NCBI RefSeq assembly: GCF_009914755.1
Contig: NC_060938.1
Reading direction: 5' to 3' (one strand)
DNA length: 64,000 bases
Source: the human T2T-CHM13v2.0 reference genome, Homo sapiens
In this document: in pieces, positions 25,121 to 38,700 of the stretch
Numbering within the stretch: the first letter of the stretch is position 1
Layout of the letters: the number at the start of each line of letters is the position of its first letter
Program-made: the position numbers and the translations under genes
The notes under the pieces: model-generated
What the model saw: only the letters and a program-made list of their open reading frames with translations
What the model was told of the DNA's origin: nothing
Database searches by the model: none

Positions 25121-26282
25121 AAAAAATGGGGAGATGTGGTGGTCCAGTCAGGCTGGTGGGAAACATTTTAGTTCTAATAGCCACAAACCCTCTTGGAAGG
25201 CCTGTGAGTTTGCATAACTTTGGTAATAAATCTGGCTGAAGGCAGCCTAGTCCCCTTACCTTTAGTTACATAAAGTAGAGTAGAAACAAAGGAATGTGAG
25301 GAGCTTATCTAACTAGCTTGTTTACTCATGTGTTCCTAAGACTAACCTTTGATCTACCGCGGGTGCTTAATTGCTTTCCACTCAAGAGGTCCACAATGTC
25401 AATTACCTTCTAGTGGTGTTTACTCACGGCCTTTGTCAATTAATCTTTACTGAATAAATGTAAGTCTCCCTGACTGATCGAGGCGGTGGCTGTGACTAAG
25501 TGGCCCAGATGCTCAGTCGAGCTGGCAAAGCAGAATATCTTTGTGTCAGTGCACTTTATTCATTCGTCATTGTGTCAGGGTGTGCAGGACAAACCCCTGC
25601 AACTTCCAAGTCACATATTTGTTAAATGAATTCTTTTAATTTGTTAATTAACTTTTATAATCAATATGCAAGTAAACTTACAACTAATCAAAAGAAAACA
25701 GTGCTATTGAAAATGAACCAAATATCAGGAGAGGCATCTCACCAAAAATTATATGAAAATTGTTAAATATGAATTTTATTAGGGGCATGTGCATTTAAGC
25801 AAAAATTAGATACCATTACTCACCTATTATAATGGTTAAAACACACAATTCTCATAATGATAAATGGTAATATAATGTGGAAACCCAAGAACAATCATTC
25901 ATTGATGGTGGGAATTCAAAGAGGTACATGGTCAAAATGAGACTCTTTTTGGCATTTTTTATAGAGACAAAAGTAGAGTTAAAATGTGATCTTGTGTCTG
26001 TGTTCCAAAACATTTACAACACTGATTCAGAAATTGATGTTTACAAAGATACCTTCAGAGGAATTTCTATGTCAGCTTTATTAATTTGATTAATTCTCCA
26101 ATCCCTAGAATTTGCTTACAGAATAAATGTTGCATAAGAAATCTCTCAAATAATTACAATTTCTCAAATACACATTTATATTGTTCCTTTTCGTAAATGA
26201 CTTAATGCTATTTTCTAAGAAAGTCTTCAATCTAATAATCTTTGTCATCTCCTCCATGCCAGCACAGCTGCCTCCTCCCTGG

Positions 26283-26321
26283 GGTTCCTGACTCTCTCAG
26301 GATGTGGGTTCTCGCACCGTG
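26283..26321 (-). other. 23-RSS of IGHV1-68
   Basis: CACGGTG (26321-26315), 23-bp spacer, TCAGGAACC. Confidence 0.85.
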
Positions 26322-26762
26322 TATCTTGCCCAGTAATACACAGCCGAGTCCTCAGATCTCAGGCTGCTCAGCTCTATGTAGGCTGTCCTCAGGGACATGT
26401 CCCTGGTAATGGTGACTCTGCCCTGGAACTTCTTTGCATAGTTGGTGTTACCATTGTAAAGTGTGATCCATCTCATCCTTTCAAGCCCTTGTCCAGGGGC
26501 CTGTTGCAACCAGTGCAAGGAGCAGCAAGTGAAGGTGTATCCGGAAGCCTTGCAGGAGACCTTCACTGAGGCCCCAGGCTTCTTTACCTCAGCCTCAGAC
26601 TGCCCCAGCTGCACCTGGGAGCAGACACCCATTGGAGGGTGGGACACAGGAGTGGATGAAAGCCTCCTTGACTGTACTCAATCCCCTTCTCATCACTGGG
26701 ACTTGGGAGCACCTTACCTGTAGCTGCTGCCACCAGGAAGATTAGCTCTAGGTCCTGTCCAT
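26322..26762 (-). pseudogene. IGHV1-68: IGHV1-family pseudogene
   Basis: V region 26617-26322 open ([10 protein letters not shown]...YYWAR, second Cys changed to Trp); splice acceptor AG>GG at 26630-26629; 45-nt leader with TAG at codon 5; octamer mutated (atttacat, 26864-26871). Confidence 0.92.
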
Positions 26763-27677
26763 GGTGAGGAGCCATGCTCTCGGGGGATTCTCTAGAGGCG
26801 GGATGTGATTGTTGGGTGAAGCTCTCAGGGCACAGACCATATTTACCTCAGTGGATCTCAGGTATTTACATATTCATGAGACAGGGCATTTCATAGCTCA
26901 AAGCCTGATCCATGATAAGAAAGGGAAGACAAATGACACATCAGCCTTGCAAGAGTGAGATGCTGATGGTCCAAGCCCTAATCCTGCTTGAGGAAATGCA
27001 TGCCCCTGTCCATTTAGGAATATTTGTGGACAGAGGTCCTTTCACTGAAGAAGAAGCCCCCTCAGAACGGCCTCTCACTGTGAAACTACATTAGATTAGC
27101 ACAGAGACCACTTGGATCATTCTGGGGACCATCTCGGTCCATGACACAGAGCAGGTGCCTTGGCCCTATGCTGGACCCGTCAGACACCAGCACAGCTCAC
27201 TGATGACTCTGAGCAAGTGACGCTGATGTCCCACGTGAGTGGCCAGCACGTTCCTCTGAGATCCCTGGGGCGCTCCTGAGACAGTTTCTCCAGCACCTTC
27301 CTGGTGTCCTGATTCCCCAGGATCGTCAACAGAAAAACTCTTAGTTTACAGATTTGCCCTGTGATGCATAATTGGAGATGATTTTCTTATGTCATGGACA
27401 CTAGGATTCAGAAGTTGAAACAGGAGTTAGGAGTTCTTTATGAACTCATGCTCCCATAATAATTTCAAGGGAATTTGTGTTTTGGATAAGTTTGGGTTTT
27501 ATTTCCTACTGGATTTATTAGAATTTCATGAACTGTTTACATACTTTCAGTTCATGTGCATAGATCCTCATCTTTACATGCTGATTTCTGACTCACTCTC
27601 AGATCCACACTCTCGGATCCACCACTGCCCTGTCACTCACACAATGTAGGCAACTTTACTTAACACTGAAATCTGAA

Positions 27678-28007
27678 TTTTTTTTTTGGAGATGGAATCT
27701 CGCTTTGTTGCCCAAGCTGGAGTGCAGTGGCACAATCTCAGCTCACTGCAAACTCTGCTTCCCACGATCACTGACAGCAGCATTGTCTGAGGCTGTAGGT
27801 CTTGTAGGATTAAATCTCCTGCCTCAGCCTCCCGAGTAGCTGGGACTACAGGTTCATGCCACCCCACCTGGCTAATTTTTTGTATTTTGAATAGAGACAG
27901 GGTTTCATGGTGTTAGCCAGGATGGTCTCCAGCTCCTGACCTCGTGACCCGCTCACCTCAGCCTCGCAAAGTGCTGGGATTACAGGCATGAGCCACCAGC
28001 CCCAGCC
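27678..28007 (-). mobile_element. AluY-like element carrying a ~51-nt non-Alu internal segment
   Basis: Reverse Alu with TSD tgaaatctgaa (27667 and 28008); foreign segment at 27764-27814. Confidence 0.9.
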
Positions 28008-28133
28008 TGAAATCTGAAATTATTATTCATGGAAATATAGTGACTCCCATAATTCTCTCTGCATTGAATTAGTAAGACCATCCCTATTCTTCATATTCTC
28101 ACTATTAAGGTATTTATAATCTTAGAAGCCGAC

Positions 28134-31100
28134 TTTAAAAAGATAGTTCTCCTTGTCTTGAATTGTGGGAGCAGCTCAGATGTGATAGAATATTTAAAAA
28201 GATAGTTATCATTGCCTTGAATTGTGGGAGCAGCTCAGATGTGATAGAATATTTAAAAAGATAGTTCTCATTCCTTGAATTGTGGGAGCAGCTCAGATGT
28301 GATAGTATATTTAAAAAGATAGTTCTCATCGCCTTGAATTGTGGGAACAGCTCAGATGTGATAGAATATTTAAAAAGATAGTTCTCCTTGTCTTGAATTG
28401 TGGGAGCAGCTCAGATGTGATAGAATATTTAAAAAGATAGTTCTCCTTGTCTTGAATTGTGGGAGCAGCTCAGATGAGATAGAATATTTAAAAAGATAGT
28501 TCTCATCGCCTTGAATTGTGGGAGCAGCTCAGATGTGATAGAATATTTAAAAAGATAGTTCTCATTGCCTTGAATTGTTGGAGCAGCTCAGATGTGATAG
28601 AATATTTAAAAAGATAGTTCTCATTGTCTTGAATTGCGGGAGCAGCTCAGATGTGATAGAATATTTAAAAAGATAGTTCTCATTCCTTGAACTGTGGGAG
28701 CAGCTCAGATGTGATAGAATATTTGAAAAGATAGTTCTCATCACCTTGAATTGTTGGAGCAGCTCAGATGTGATAGAATATTTAAAAAGATAGTTCTCAT
28801 CGCCTTGAATTGTGGGAGCAGCTCAGATGTGATAGAATATTTGAAAAGATAGTTCTCATCGCCTTGAATTGTGGGAACAGCTCAGATGTGATAGAATATT
28901 TAAAAAGATAGTTCTCATTCCTTGAATTGTGGGAGCAGCTCAGATGTGATAGAATATTTAAAAAGATAGTTCTCCTTGTCTTGAATTGTGGGAGCAGCTC
29001 AGATGTGATAGAATATTTAAAAAGATAGTTCTCCTTGTCTTGAATTGTGGGAGCAGCTCAGATGTGATAGAATATTTAAAAATATAGTTCTCATCGCCTT
29101 GAATTGTGGGAGCAGCTCAGATGTGATAGAATATTTAAAAAGATAGTTCTCATTGCCTTGAATTGTGGGAGCAGCTCAGATGTGATAGAATATTTAAAAA
29201 GATAGTTTTCATTCCTTGAATTGTGGGAGCAGCTCAGATGTGATAGAATATTTAAAAAGATAGTTCTCATCGCCTTGAATTGTGGGAGCAGCTCAGATGT
29301 GATAGAATATTTAAAAAGATAGTTCTCATCGCCTTGAATTGTGGGAGCAGCTCAGATGTGATAGAATATTTAAAAAGATAGTTCTCCTTGTCTTGAATTG
29401 TGGGAGCAGCTCAGATGTGATAGAATATTTAAAAAGATAGTTCTCCTTGTCTTGAATTGTGGGAGCAGCTCAGATGTGATAGAATATTTAAAAAGATAGT
29501 TCTCCTTGCCTTGAATTGTGGGAGCAGCTCAGATGTGATAGAATATTTAAAAAGATAGTTCTCCTTGCCTTGAATTGTTGGAGCAGCTCAGATGTGATAG
29601 AATATTTAAAAAGATAGTTCTCCTTGTCTTGAATTGTGGGAGCAGCTCAGATGTGATAGAATATTTAAAAAGATAGTTCTCATCGCCTTGAATTGTGGGA
29701 GCAGCTCAGATGTGATAGAATATTTAAAAAGATAGTTCTCATTCCTTGAATTGTGGGAGCAGCTCAGATGTGATAGAATATTTAAAAAGATAGTTCTCAT
29801 CGCCTTGAATTGTGGGAGCAGCTCAGATGTGATAGAATATTTAAAAAGATAGTTCTCATCGCCTTGAATTGTGGGAGCAGCTCAGATGTGATAGAATATT
29901 TAAAAAGATAGTTCTCATCGTCTTGAATTATGGGAGCAGCTCTGATGTGATAGAATATTTAAAAAGATAGTTCTCATTGCCTTGAATTGTGGGAGCAGCT
30001 CAGATGTGATAGAATATTTAAAAAGATAGTTCTCATACCTTGAATTGTGGGAGCAGCTCAGATGTGATAGAATATTTAAAAAGATAGTTCTCATCGTCTT
30101 GAATTGTGGGAACAGCTCAGATGTGATAGAATATTTAAAAAGATAGTTCTCATCCCCTTGAATTGTGGGAGCAGCTCAGATGTGATAGAATATTTAAAAA
30201 GATAGTTATCATTCCTTGAATTGTGGGAGCAGCTCAGATGTGATAGAATATTTAAAAAGATAGTTCTCATCGCCTTGAATTGTGGGAGCAGCTCAGATGT
30301 CATAGAGTATTTAAAAAGATAGTTCTCATCGCCTTGAATTGTGGGAGCAGCTCAGATGTGATAGAATATTTAAAAAGATAGTTCTCATCGCCTTGAATTG
30401 TGGGAGCAGCTCAGATGTGATAGAATATTTAAAAAGATAGTTCTCATCGCCTTGAATTGTGGGAGCAGCTCAGATGTGATAGAATATTTAAAAAGATAGT
30501 TCTCATCATCTTGAATTGTGGGAGCAGCTCAGATGTGATAGAATATTTAAAAGGATAGTTCTCATCTTCTTGAATTGTGGGAACAGCTCAGATGTGATAG
30601 AATATTTAAAAAGATAGTTCTCATCCCCTTGAATTGTGGGAGCAGCTCAGATGTGATAGAATATTTAAAAAGATAGTTATCATTCCTTGAATTGTGGGAG
30701 CAGCTCAGATGTGATAGAATATTTAAAAAGATAGTTCTCATCACCTTGAATTGTGGGAGCATCTCAGATGTCATAGAGTATTTAAAAAGATAGTTCTCAT
30801 CGCCTTGAATTGTGGGAGCAGCTCAGATGTGATAGAATATTTAAAAAGATAGTTCTCATCGCCTTGAATTGTGGGAGCAGCTCAGATGTGATAGAATATT
30901 TAAAAAGATAGTTCTCATGGTCTTGAATTGTGGGAGCAGCTCAGATGTGATAGAATATTTAAAAAGATAGTTCTCATCGCCTTGAATTGTGGGAGCAGCT
31001 CAGATGTGATAGAATATTTAAAAAGATAGTTCTCATCGCCTTGAATTGTGGGAGCAGCTCAGATGTGATAGAATATTTAAAAAGATAGTTCTCATCGCCT

Positions 31101-31257
31101 TGAATTGTGGGAGCAGCTCAGATGTGATAGAATATTTATAAAGACAGTTCTCATCGCCTTGAATTGTGGGAGCAGCTCAGATGTGATAGAATATTTATAA
31201 AGATAGTTCTCCTTGTCTTGAATTGTGGGAGCAGCTCAGATGTGATAGAATATTTAA
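28134..31257. repeat. VNTR with 58/59-bp unit, ~53 near-identical copies
   Basis: Unit aaaaagatagttctcatcgccttgaattgtgggagcagctcagatgtgatagaatattt; 471-bp (8-unit) higher-order duplication marked by catagagtat at 30301 and 30772. Confidence 0.98.
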
Positions 31258-31423
31258 GGGCACACCAGCAACTTATTGAATTTTAGCTTTTTTCTCCCAA
31301 AGGAAGACCCAGCCCCTGAGAGGAAACCTTCTCAGCAGCCTCCTGTGCACCAGCTGCAGGGCTGGAACCCGTGCTGAGTGGCTCCTGAGTGCCCCCTCCC
31401 GCCCAGCCCTTGCCTTGCAAGGA

Positions 31424-31760
31424 GGTTCCTGTTGGGGCTCACAAAGCATTTCCCCCCAGCTTCTCTAGCCCAGCGTGAAATGGCTGTGTGCTAGTGTAGA
31501 ATACTCCCTCAGTGACACCATATGCTGGTGACACCATCTCTTGAAATAATTGATCAACTTTACTAAACAGATTGAACTCTGCCGTGAGACTCAAAGCAAG
31601 GGTTCTATGACACAGGACAGAGCCCCTTCTCTGAAGCTCCAGATGCACTTAAGCAGTGGACCCACAGTGAATACAAAAACTTGCAAAAGATTTGGGAGTG
31701 CCTTCTTTCTTCATTGGGCTCTTGCAGGTGAATGTAGCATTGGAAAATACCAGCAGGTGC
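31424..31760 (-). pseudogene. Highly decayed V-gene relic, paralogous to 4304-4601
   Basis: Minus strand CAC CTG CAA GAG, TTT TGC AAG, GCT TCA GAG AAG GGG CTC, ACA GCC ATT..GCT AGA GA, nonamer-like ACAGGAACC (31432-31424); heptamer destroyed. Confidence 0.55.
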
Positions 31761-33057
31761 AGATTGATCGAGATGAAAGCCCACTCCATATCCACTATTC
31801 CAATAACACTATAACACTATAACAATAACTTCCTAATAAGGAAGAATTTTCCCTTCTTCCTAATGCCTAGCCTATAGAAAATTCCTCCTACACTGACACT
31901 AGGCCCAGGTATCTGACTTTTTTCTCCTAGAGATCTAAAGGTCAATGAGGGAGTTTCCAAGACCTTGATCTTAAAAATGGTGATGTCAGAGGCTTCAGAT
32001 TGCTTTGTCGTCCTTGTCCTACTCTCTGCCTTTGTCCTTTAGTTTTCCAGTGTTCTTCTCACATAGAGTCTGTGCATTGCCACACTTCCATCTTTAATCC
32101 AGAGCTATCACACTGGTTAGAATGGATTGTGCAGTGCAGGCAAGCACTGCCTGTTTTGACAATGGAAACCTAGAGATGCGATCGGCTTCCTCTTCTGGGC
32201 TGTGACTTTGACCAGGAATCTCCAGGGGAAAAGCTACTTTGGCCATTACTCCCTTTTGTGGTTTCAGTGTCCCTGGACTATTTACTTACATCTTACCCCT
32301 ATTGGCTAACTTTGCTCATTTCTATAATAATGGAAGAATGGGAGAGAAATCTGGAATGGGAGATTTGTCTTCCTTTACATAGGACAAGGTTCTCGAAAAG
32401 TCCTTCCATGTAGAAGCTTTTGAAAAAGTCTCCCGTAATATTTTTCAGTAATTAATCTTCTCCAATCTGACAAATAAGAAACGTATTTGGATAGTATTTT
32501 TTAGAATCTGGAGGTTTCTGGTGAGAAAGTCCATAAAACATAGAAATATAAGACCCTCTGGAACAGTCACATTTACTGAGTCCACATCTGTCTTTAAGAC
32601 AACTATAGTGCTTATCATGTAAGTGCCCTCAACAACTTGTGGCTTCTGTAGATTCTCTTCCAGTTAAACAAGTGTCAACTGCCATTCTGGACATGGCTGT
32701 CTATCCAGGTTCTTGAGTGGGTATTTTTTTTTCAATTTCAGTTACTTAGCAGATTCCAAAAAGTATTGGCATTCAGATTATGCAGATTTCCTTTGACATA
32801 AAAATGAATGTGATGAACATCATAATCTATGTGTCAGTGCATAAACCAAAAGTACAATCAAAGGTCTCCATTGATGTGTTACTGGAGGCAGAATTTTGAT
32901 CTTATTACATATAACAGACACCTGGTATGACATAAATGAACAGGCAAGAAAACAGAGTAAGGACATGGCACAACACTTATGAACAAGTCTCAGCAATTTT
33001 AATTTTCTTCTGAGGAAGTTGAAATTGTGAAAGTGAAACAGTGGGACTGGTCATGTC

Positions 33058-33134
33058 TCAGGTGATGTTGTCTTCTGGAAAGTGTCTCCAATCCTGGGCT
33101 GCATCCAGTAGGTGCACCTGGGCTCCCGAACCTG
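33058..33134 (-). pseudogene. Short clan II-like V 5' relic
   Basis: TTTCAG acceptor, 11-nt L-part2, CAG GTG CAC CTA CTG ... CCA GGA TTG ... TC ACC TGA, resembling QVQLQESGPGL..LTC. Confidence 0.45.
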
Positions 33135-35285
33135 AAACATGGACTCTTATTCCTTAAACACAAGACATTCCAATGAGAAAGCTGTTCTCAGGTGAGCTAC
33201 AGAGCAGGGAGCAGGAGATGTAGGTGTCCTTCGCTTCCTAGAATTACTGAAACTTGAAGACCAAGGCCTCCCTTGAGGGGCAGAGATCCACCTATGAGTA
33301 CATCACATCAGCTCTGTCTTCGGGAATCTTTGGCTTTATGGGAGGATAAGGAATGTGATTTATTCCTTTCTGCTAATGCAGTGTGCATCAGAGAAAATGA
33401 GTTGAAAATTTAATAAATATTTTTTCCATATTAGGGGAGAGAACATGTATAAATCACGGCAATGCAAGTGCTCACTACAGAACCTGCAGGAGGAGCAAGT
33501 GCACAACTGAGAGAAGGCAGCGCCCTGCCCGAGGAAGCAGGTGCCCTGAGATCATCCCCTGGGAACTGTGCTCTAGGTGCCGTGCGCCAGTGGAACCTGG
33601 GCTGGGGCCTGGGATTTGTAGGTGGTGTGGAGAGCAGAGCACAGCTCCATTCCTCCTCACTGTGTGACCTGGGATGTGGCATCTTCCTCTGAGCTTCATT
33701 CGGACAAGGTGTTAATATAAAATTGCAGCATTAAATTTACCTATAACCTTTCAATTAGGAGCCAGTGCTGTTCAGAATTGTTATCACTACTGTTGTCCAA
33801 ACCCTTAAATATTATAAAATACCTGTGTGACCCCTCATCTCAGACCTCAGATGACCACATTGCAGAGAAGACACCTGCTTTGTTTCTGTCACGAACATGG
33901 TATTAGAACGGGAAAGTATGTGTAACCTTGTTATAGATTTCATGTTAATTAAGTTACAATGGGTAAAATTAGAATTAGTAAGTGATACTTAAAATTTAGC
34001 TTTGGGGATTTCTAAGCAAAGTGTGGATGGTGTGTTTTGATTTCTCCTTGCTTAATATAGTATAATGTGAGAGGAGGAGACAAATTAAAGAAGAAACTAT
34101 CCAGCAATGTGGAATCAGGTATTTTATAAATAAAGAAGGTTCTCACCTCTTCTGAAAACCCCATAACCTTAAAAAAATGAAGGAACTTTAAGACATATTT
34201 CTATATTCTGGATACATGACTAATAAAAACATATTTAAGTGCAAAAAGAGATACACAGAAGATGAAACTTCTGCAGCAGATAATTTTGCCAAATAGCTTT
34301 ATACTAGTTTGTAATTTTACCTAAATATTCAAAAGATAAACTCCAGAGAGATCCAAATAAGAAATTATAACATTTCAATGTTAGATGACTGGTTGAGAGG
34401 CGCTTGAACTAACATTATTTTGATGAATCATACCTCAATAATAAAACTGTGTCTAATGGTACACTGTTCAAGAGGCTACTTGAGTATATAGTTTCTACCT
34501 CTCCTATTTGGGAGTCCTGGCACAACCCAACGTTCTCTAAACCTGGGGGCCACTAAGAACAGAGACAGAAGTTGGAATATTATGAAGTCATTATGAAGTT
34601 TTGAGAGATCCGCAATCACTGATGGAGTGATTGGTGAGGGTTGTCTCTATGAGCCTAGGCTTGGAAGAGTGTGGCTCTTTGTTATGATGAGCAAAGAGCT
34701 GTTTGTTATGATGAACGGATAGCAAGAAAGACCGTCAAGGAAAATGAAGAAACACGGGAACATGGTCCAAACAGACAGACAACATAGAGGTCCAGAATCT
34801 GGCATCAATGAATAAAAAAACATATGGATGTCCTGGCAGAAAATTTGAAGTAAATATTAGAAACATGTTTAATAAGCTAGTGGCAGCATGCAAGAACAAA
34901 GTGAGAATTTTAATAGAGATAAAAAAATTTAAAAGAGGACGAAACAAAAATATTTGTGTCGAAGAATACAATAAGTCAGCCAAAATTTTTAACAGAGCAC
35001 ACTGTGGGAGAGGCTCAGGCTTTCCTTTCCCCTAGAGCAGGCAGCCCTGAAATTTCCCTAGACATGAATCACTGTTTCCTCCCGCCCACCTTCCACATTC
35101 TCCTCAGAGATGCCCCTGGCTCCGGAGTTCAGCTTCTCACATGTTGTGTGACTTTGGGTTAAAACACACCTGAAACACTGAGTGGCTGTTGTCTTTGATC
35201 ACTTCATCATCGTCCGCATTTTAGTTGATGCGATTTTTTTACCTCATTTTGAAGAAATGAAAATAAATCAATAGACTAGGCCAGA

Positions 35286-35761
<476 letters not shown>

Positions 35762-38700
35762 TTATCTCTCTTTCCCTTGATAGATGTGAATGTAGCCCCA
35801 AATATGGTAGGAATCAGTAGACACTGCAGCTCTTACAACACTTTCTTGGTCAGCTGGTCCAACAGTGTGAGCACCACAGTAGCACAATTATTTTATGGGA
35901 CTAATTCTGTATCCAATGCAGACACATGTTTTTTTATGTACTGGGACCTCCAGTTCATCGCAGGCTGTGATTATGGAGAAGGAAGGAAACATTCTTCAAG
36001 GTTCCATCATACATGTGGTAAGAGAATCTCATATTTCTGTCCAGTGGTTTCCAGACCCAGGTGTTGTAGCTCCTGGCCACGGGGCTCTGCAGTGCTCTCT
36101 GTTTGGGGGCATTTAAGCATCCTGGAGAATAGTATTATCTCCAAAATGGCCCTTCTTTAGAGATTAAATTTCCTGCTATAAAACAGAGGCATAAACTACC
36201 TGCTGTTTATCTCACATCAGACTGTGGAGACCTAAGTCAATGCTTCCATTGTTCTGCTGGGGTCTTTGTTTCTGGGCAAATGTGAAGGAGCAAGAACTGC
36301 TGGATCGCAGACTCGTGTTCCCGTGATCACATCTCCTGTCCCTTAACTACAGCTACGTTCTGTCGTGTCAGAACACATTGTGCAGTGTCTCATTCTAGGA
36401 ATAAGATATTCAGTAACTTGGACAGTGGAACTACCACTAGTAGTTTCTCTATGATTAAAAAAAAAACATGTGGAGATAAAAGTTAATTCTTCTAAGTACA
36501 AATTACTACCTATCAGGCTTGGGCTTTAATTTTTTCTAATTGTCTCCATATGACTGGTGGGTATCCTTACAGTGTGAGTTTTTTTTTAGACAAACGTGAT
36601 CTCTATTGCTGTCAGTTCAGGCACTTGGTAAAAGGTGCTGGCCATTCTGGTTGGAGGTACCTGGGCTCAGTCTTCATTGTACATATTAGGGGAAGCTCTG
36701 ATATAAACAGAGTGGACGTTGTCACTTATGTAGCAGTATGGATTAAACTGCAGAAGATCATCATACTGTGAGGTCTCCATACCCTTTTACACAGCAGAGT
36801 AGATTTCCCTTGCTTTCAGCTGCCTGCTTACTTATATTAAATATTACTGCATGTACTTTTACTTTACCTTATTTTCTATTCTAAGCTATTGCCTACTTAT
36901 TTAATTAAAGTAAGCAATAGTAAATTTTAAAAATAACAATCAATTACCTGTACAAGTAACATAAAATGGGCGTGATGAATAAGCCACGTAGAGATACCAG
37001 AAAACAAAGCTAATAAAGAAACACATTGTGTAAGTTTAGAGTAGTCAGTGAGCACCGAAACCATGAAGAGCTTGTGTTGACATTTACACGAACAAAGTCA
37101 GTTATATTTGACATCCAGAAGGCTGGTCACACCCATGAGAGAAATATGTAGAGTGGTCCACCTAACTCAGAAATTAGAAAGTGATAAAGTCACAAACTTA
37201 CAAAACCAGCAAAAACAACATTCAGTGTATTTAGTATTGAGCTCTGTTTCTTCAGGAAAAGGGATGGGTTATATCTGCATGGAAAATGGGACAAGTATTT
37301 TTTAAGCTGATTCTCCTGGGAAGTTGCTAATGAAATCATTCCAGTGATGCTCTGACACAGGATTGTGAAGAGGACGTTGACCCCTGGTGGTCGTTGTCAG
37401 CAACACGGATGCTCAACCCTGGTGGGTGCCTTTGTTACCGTTTTGTCCACAAGAGATTTTAGCCTGTCATGTGCTGCATGCAGGTGAGTTTTTAACCCTC
37501 AGATGAAAAAAAATAACATGACCACCAAGAAGATGAGGAAATTGAAGACGTCACTTCATCAACCACATTCCACTGATGAGAACTGTTTACACAGAGAGCC
37601 AGGGATGAGCTGGGAAGAGGAAGGGGTTGGGGAAGATCATCCATAGAAGGACACATCCAGCCTGCTTGAACTCCCTGTGGAAGGAGGGTTTAAATGTTTG
37701 TCTTCAGCTAATCAGGGGTATTTCGAGACCTTCACAAGCTTTCAGAGAGAGTTTTCATGAACAAATATCCATGCATTACTCAGAGTTGTATTTTTTCATA
37801 TTTATTCTTCTTCTCTAGGCAGCTCCACAGAAGGGTGTTCTCAGAATTCTCCCTGATCTTCCTTGAGGTCCTGATGCAGCTCCTGGAGGAAAAGCCTGCA
37901 TGGGGGAGGGAGCCCTCCTCATGTGCAGCCCTGAGGCTGTCCCATCACCTCACCCGCCACTGCCCTTCAGTCAATTGGTGAACATTTCTGAGCTAATCTT
38001 CCTGAAACGTGTGGCTTTGGGCAGTATGTTCACCAGGTTACAAAATACTTAAGCTCTGTCTATTTCCACAGGCACGTATTCCTTTCCGGAGCACAGGTTG
38101 GTCTTGAGTGTGTGGTAGTGGATAATTAGTGAGAGCAGGTTTGTGCGCATCTTGTCATCTCCCAAAGTGCACCCTCTATGGAGTTGACACCCACAAACAA
38201 GCAGATGGACTTGCTCAGCTGGAGGATGACAAACATTTTCATAACCTATGACCTCAGTGGTGCTCTTTATCTGCAAGACCAATCATGATCATGCCTCTGG
38301 CTAATGTGCACTCATCAAGGGCAAGCAGTGCCCACCTCTGTGAGGGCTGCTTCAGGTGCACACTCCCTTTGCAGAGGGAAGCTTTTGTTCCTACCTGGGT
38401 CCCATGAATGTGTTTGCATTTGCTGCACAAACCACCTTACTCAGACTCACCACCCAAGAGCTCACAGTGCACCTAATCCAACTCTAGGGCATTATACATG
38501 GAATCTCTCATTGCCAGGGTCTCCAATTCCAATGAAAGGATGTTCATTATGGGATTCCCCAGAACTTTCTGGTCTTTTAGAGACATGAACTGGCCTCTAA
38601 AAGCTTAAAAATCTTACTCTCTGGGAAGGAGCATTGTAAACCAGAAGTAAGATAAGCTCTAAATTAATATATATTTTGTGGATTTTGGAAGAAAGAGTTC

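Larger units (their letters stand above)
20467..25601 (+). mobile_element. Internally deleted betaretrovirus-like provirus, HERV-K(HML-5)/HERVK22 with LTR22-type LTRs
   Basis: TG..CA LTRs at 20467-20785 and 25135-25601; 6-bp TSD acttcc (20461-20466, 25602-25607); PBS 20788-20805; PPT 25121-25134; gag, pol and env remnants. Confidence 0.88.

Noticed and set aside
28134-31257. CRISPR-like array or repeated small ORFs
   Set aside because: Head-to-tail near-identical units with no unique spacers, in human DNA; the ORFs are repeat translations
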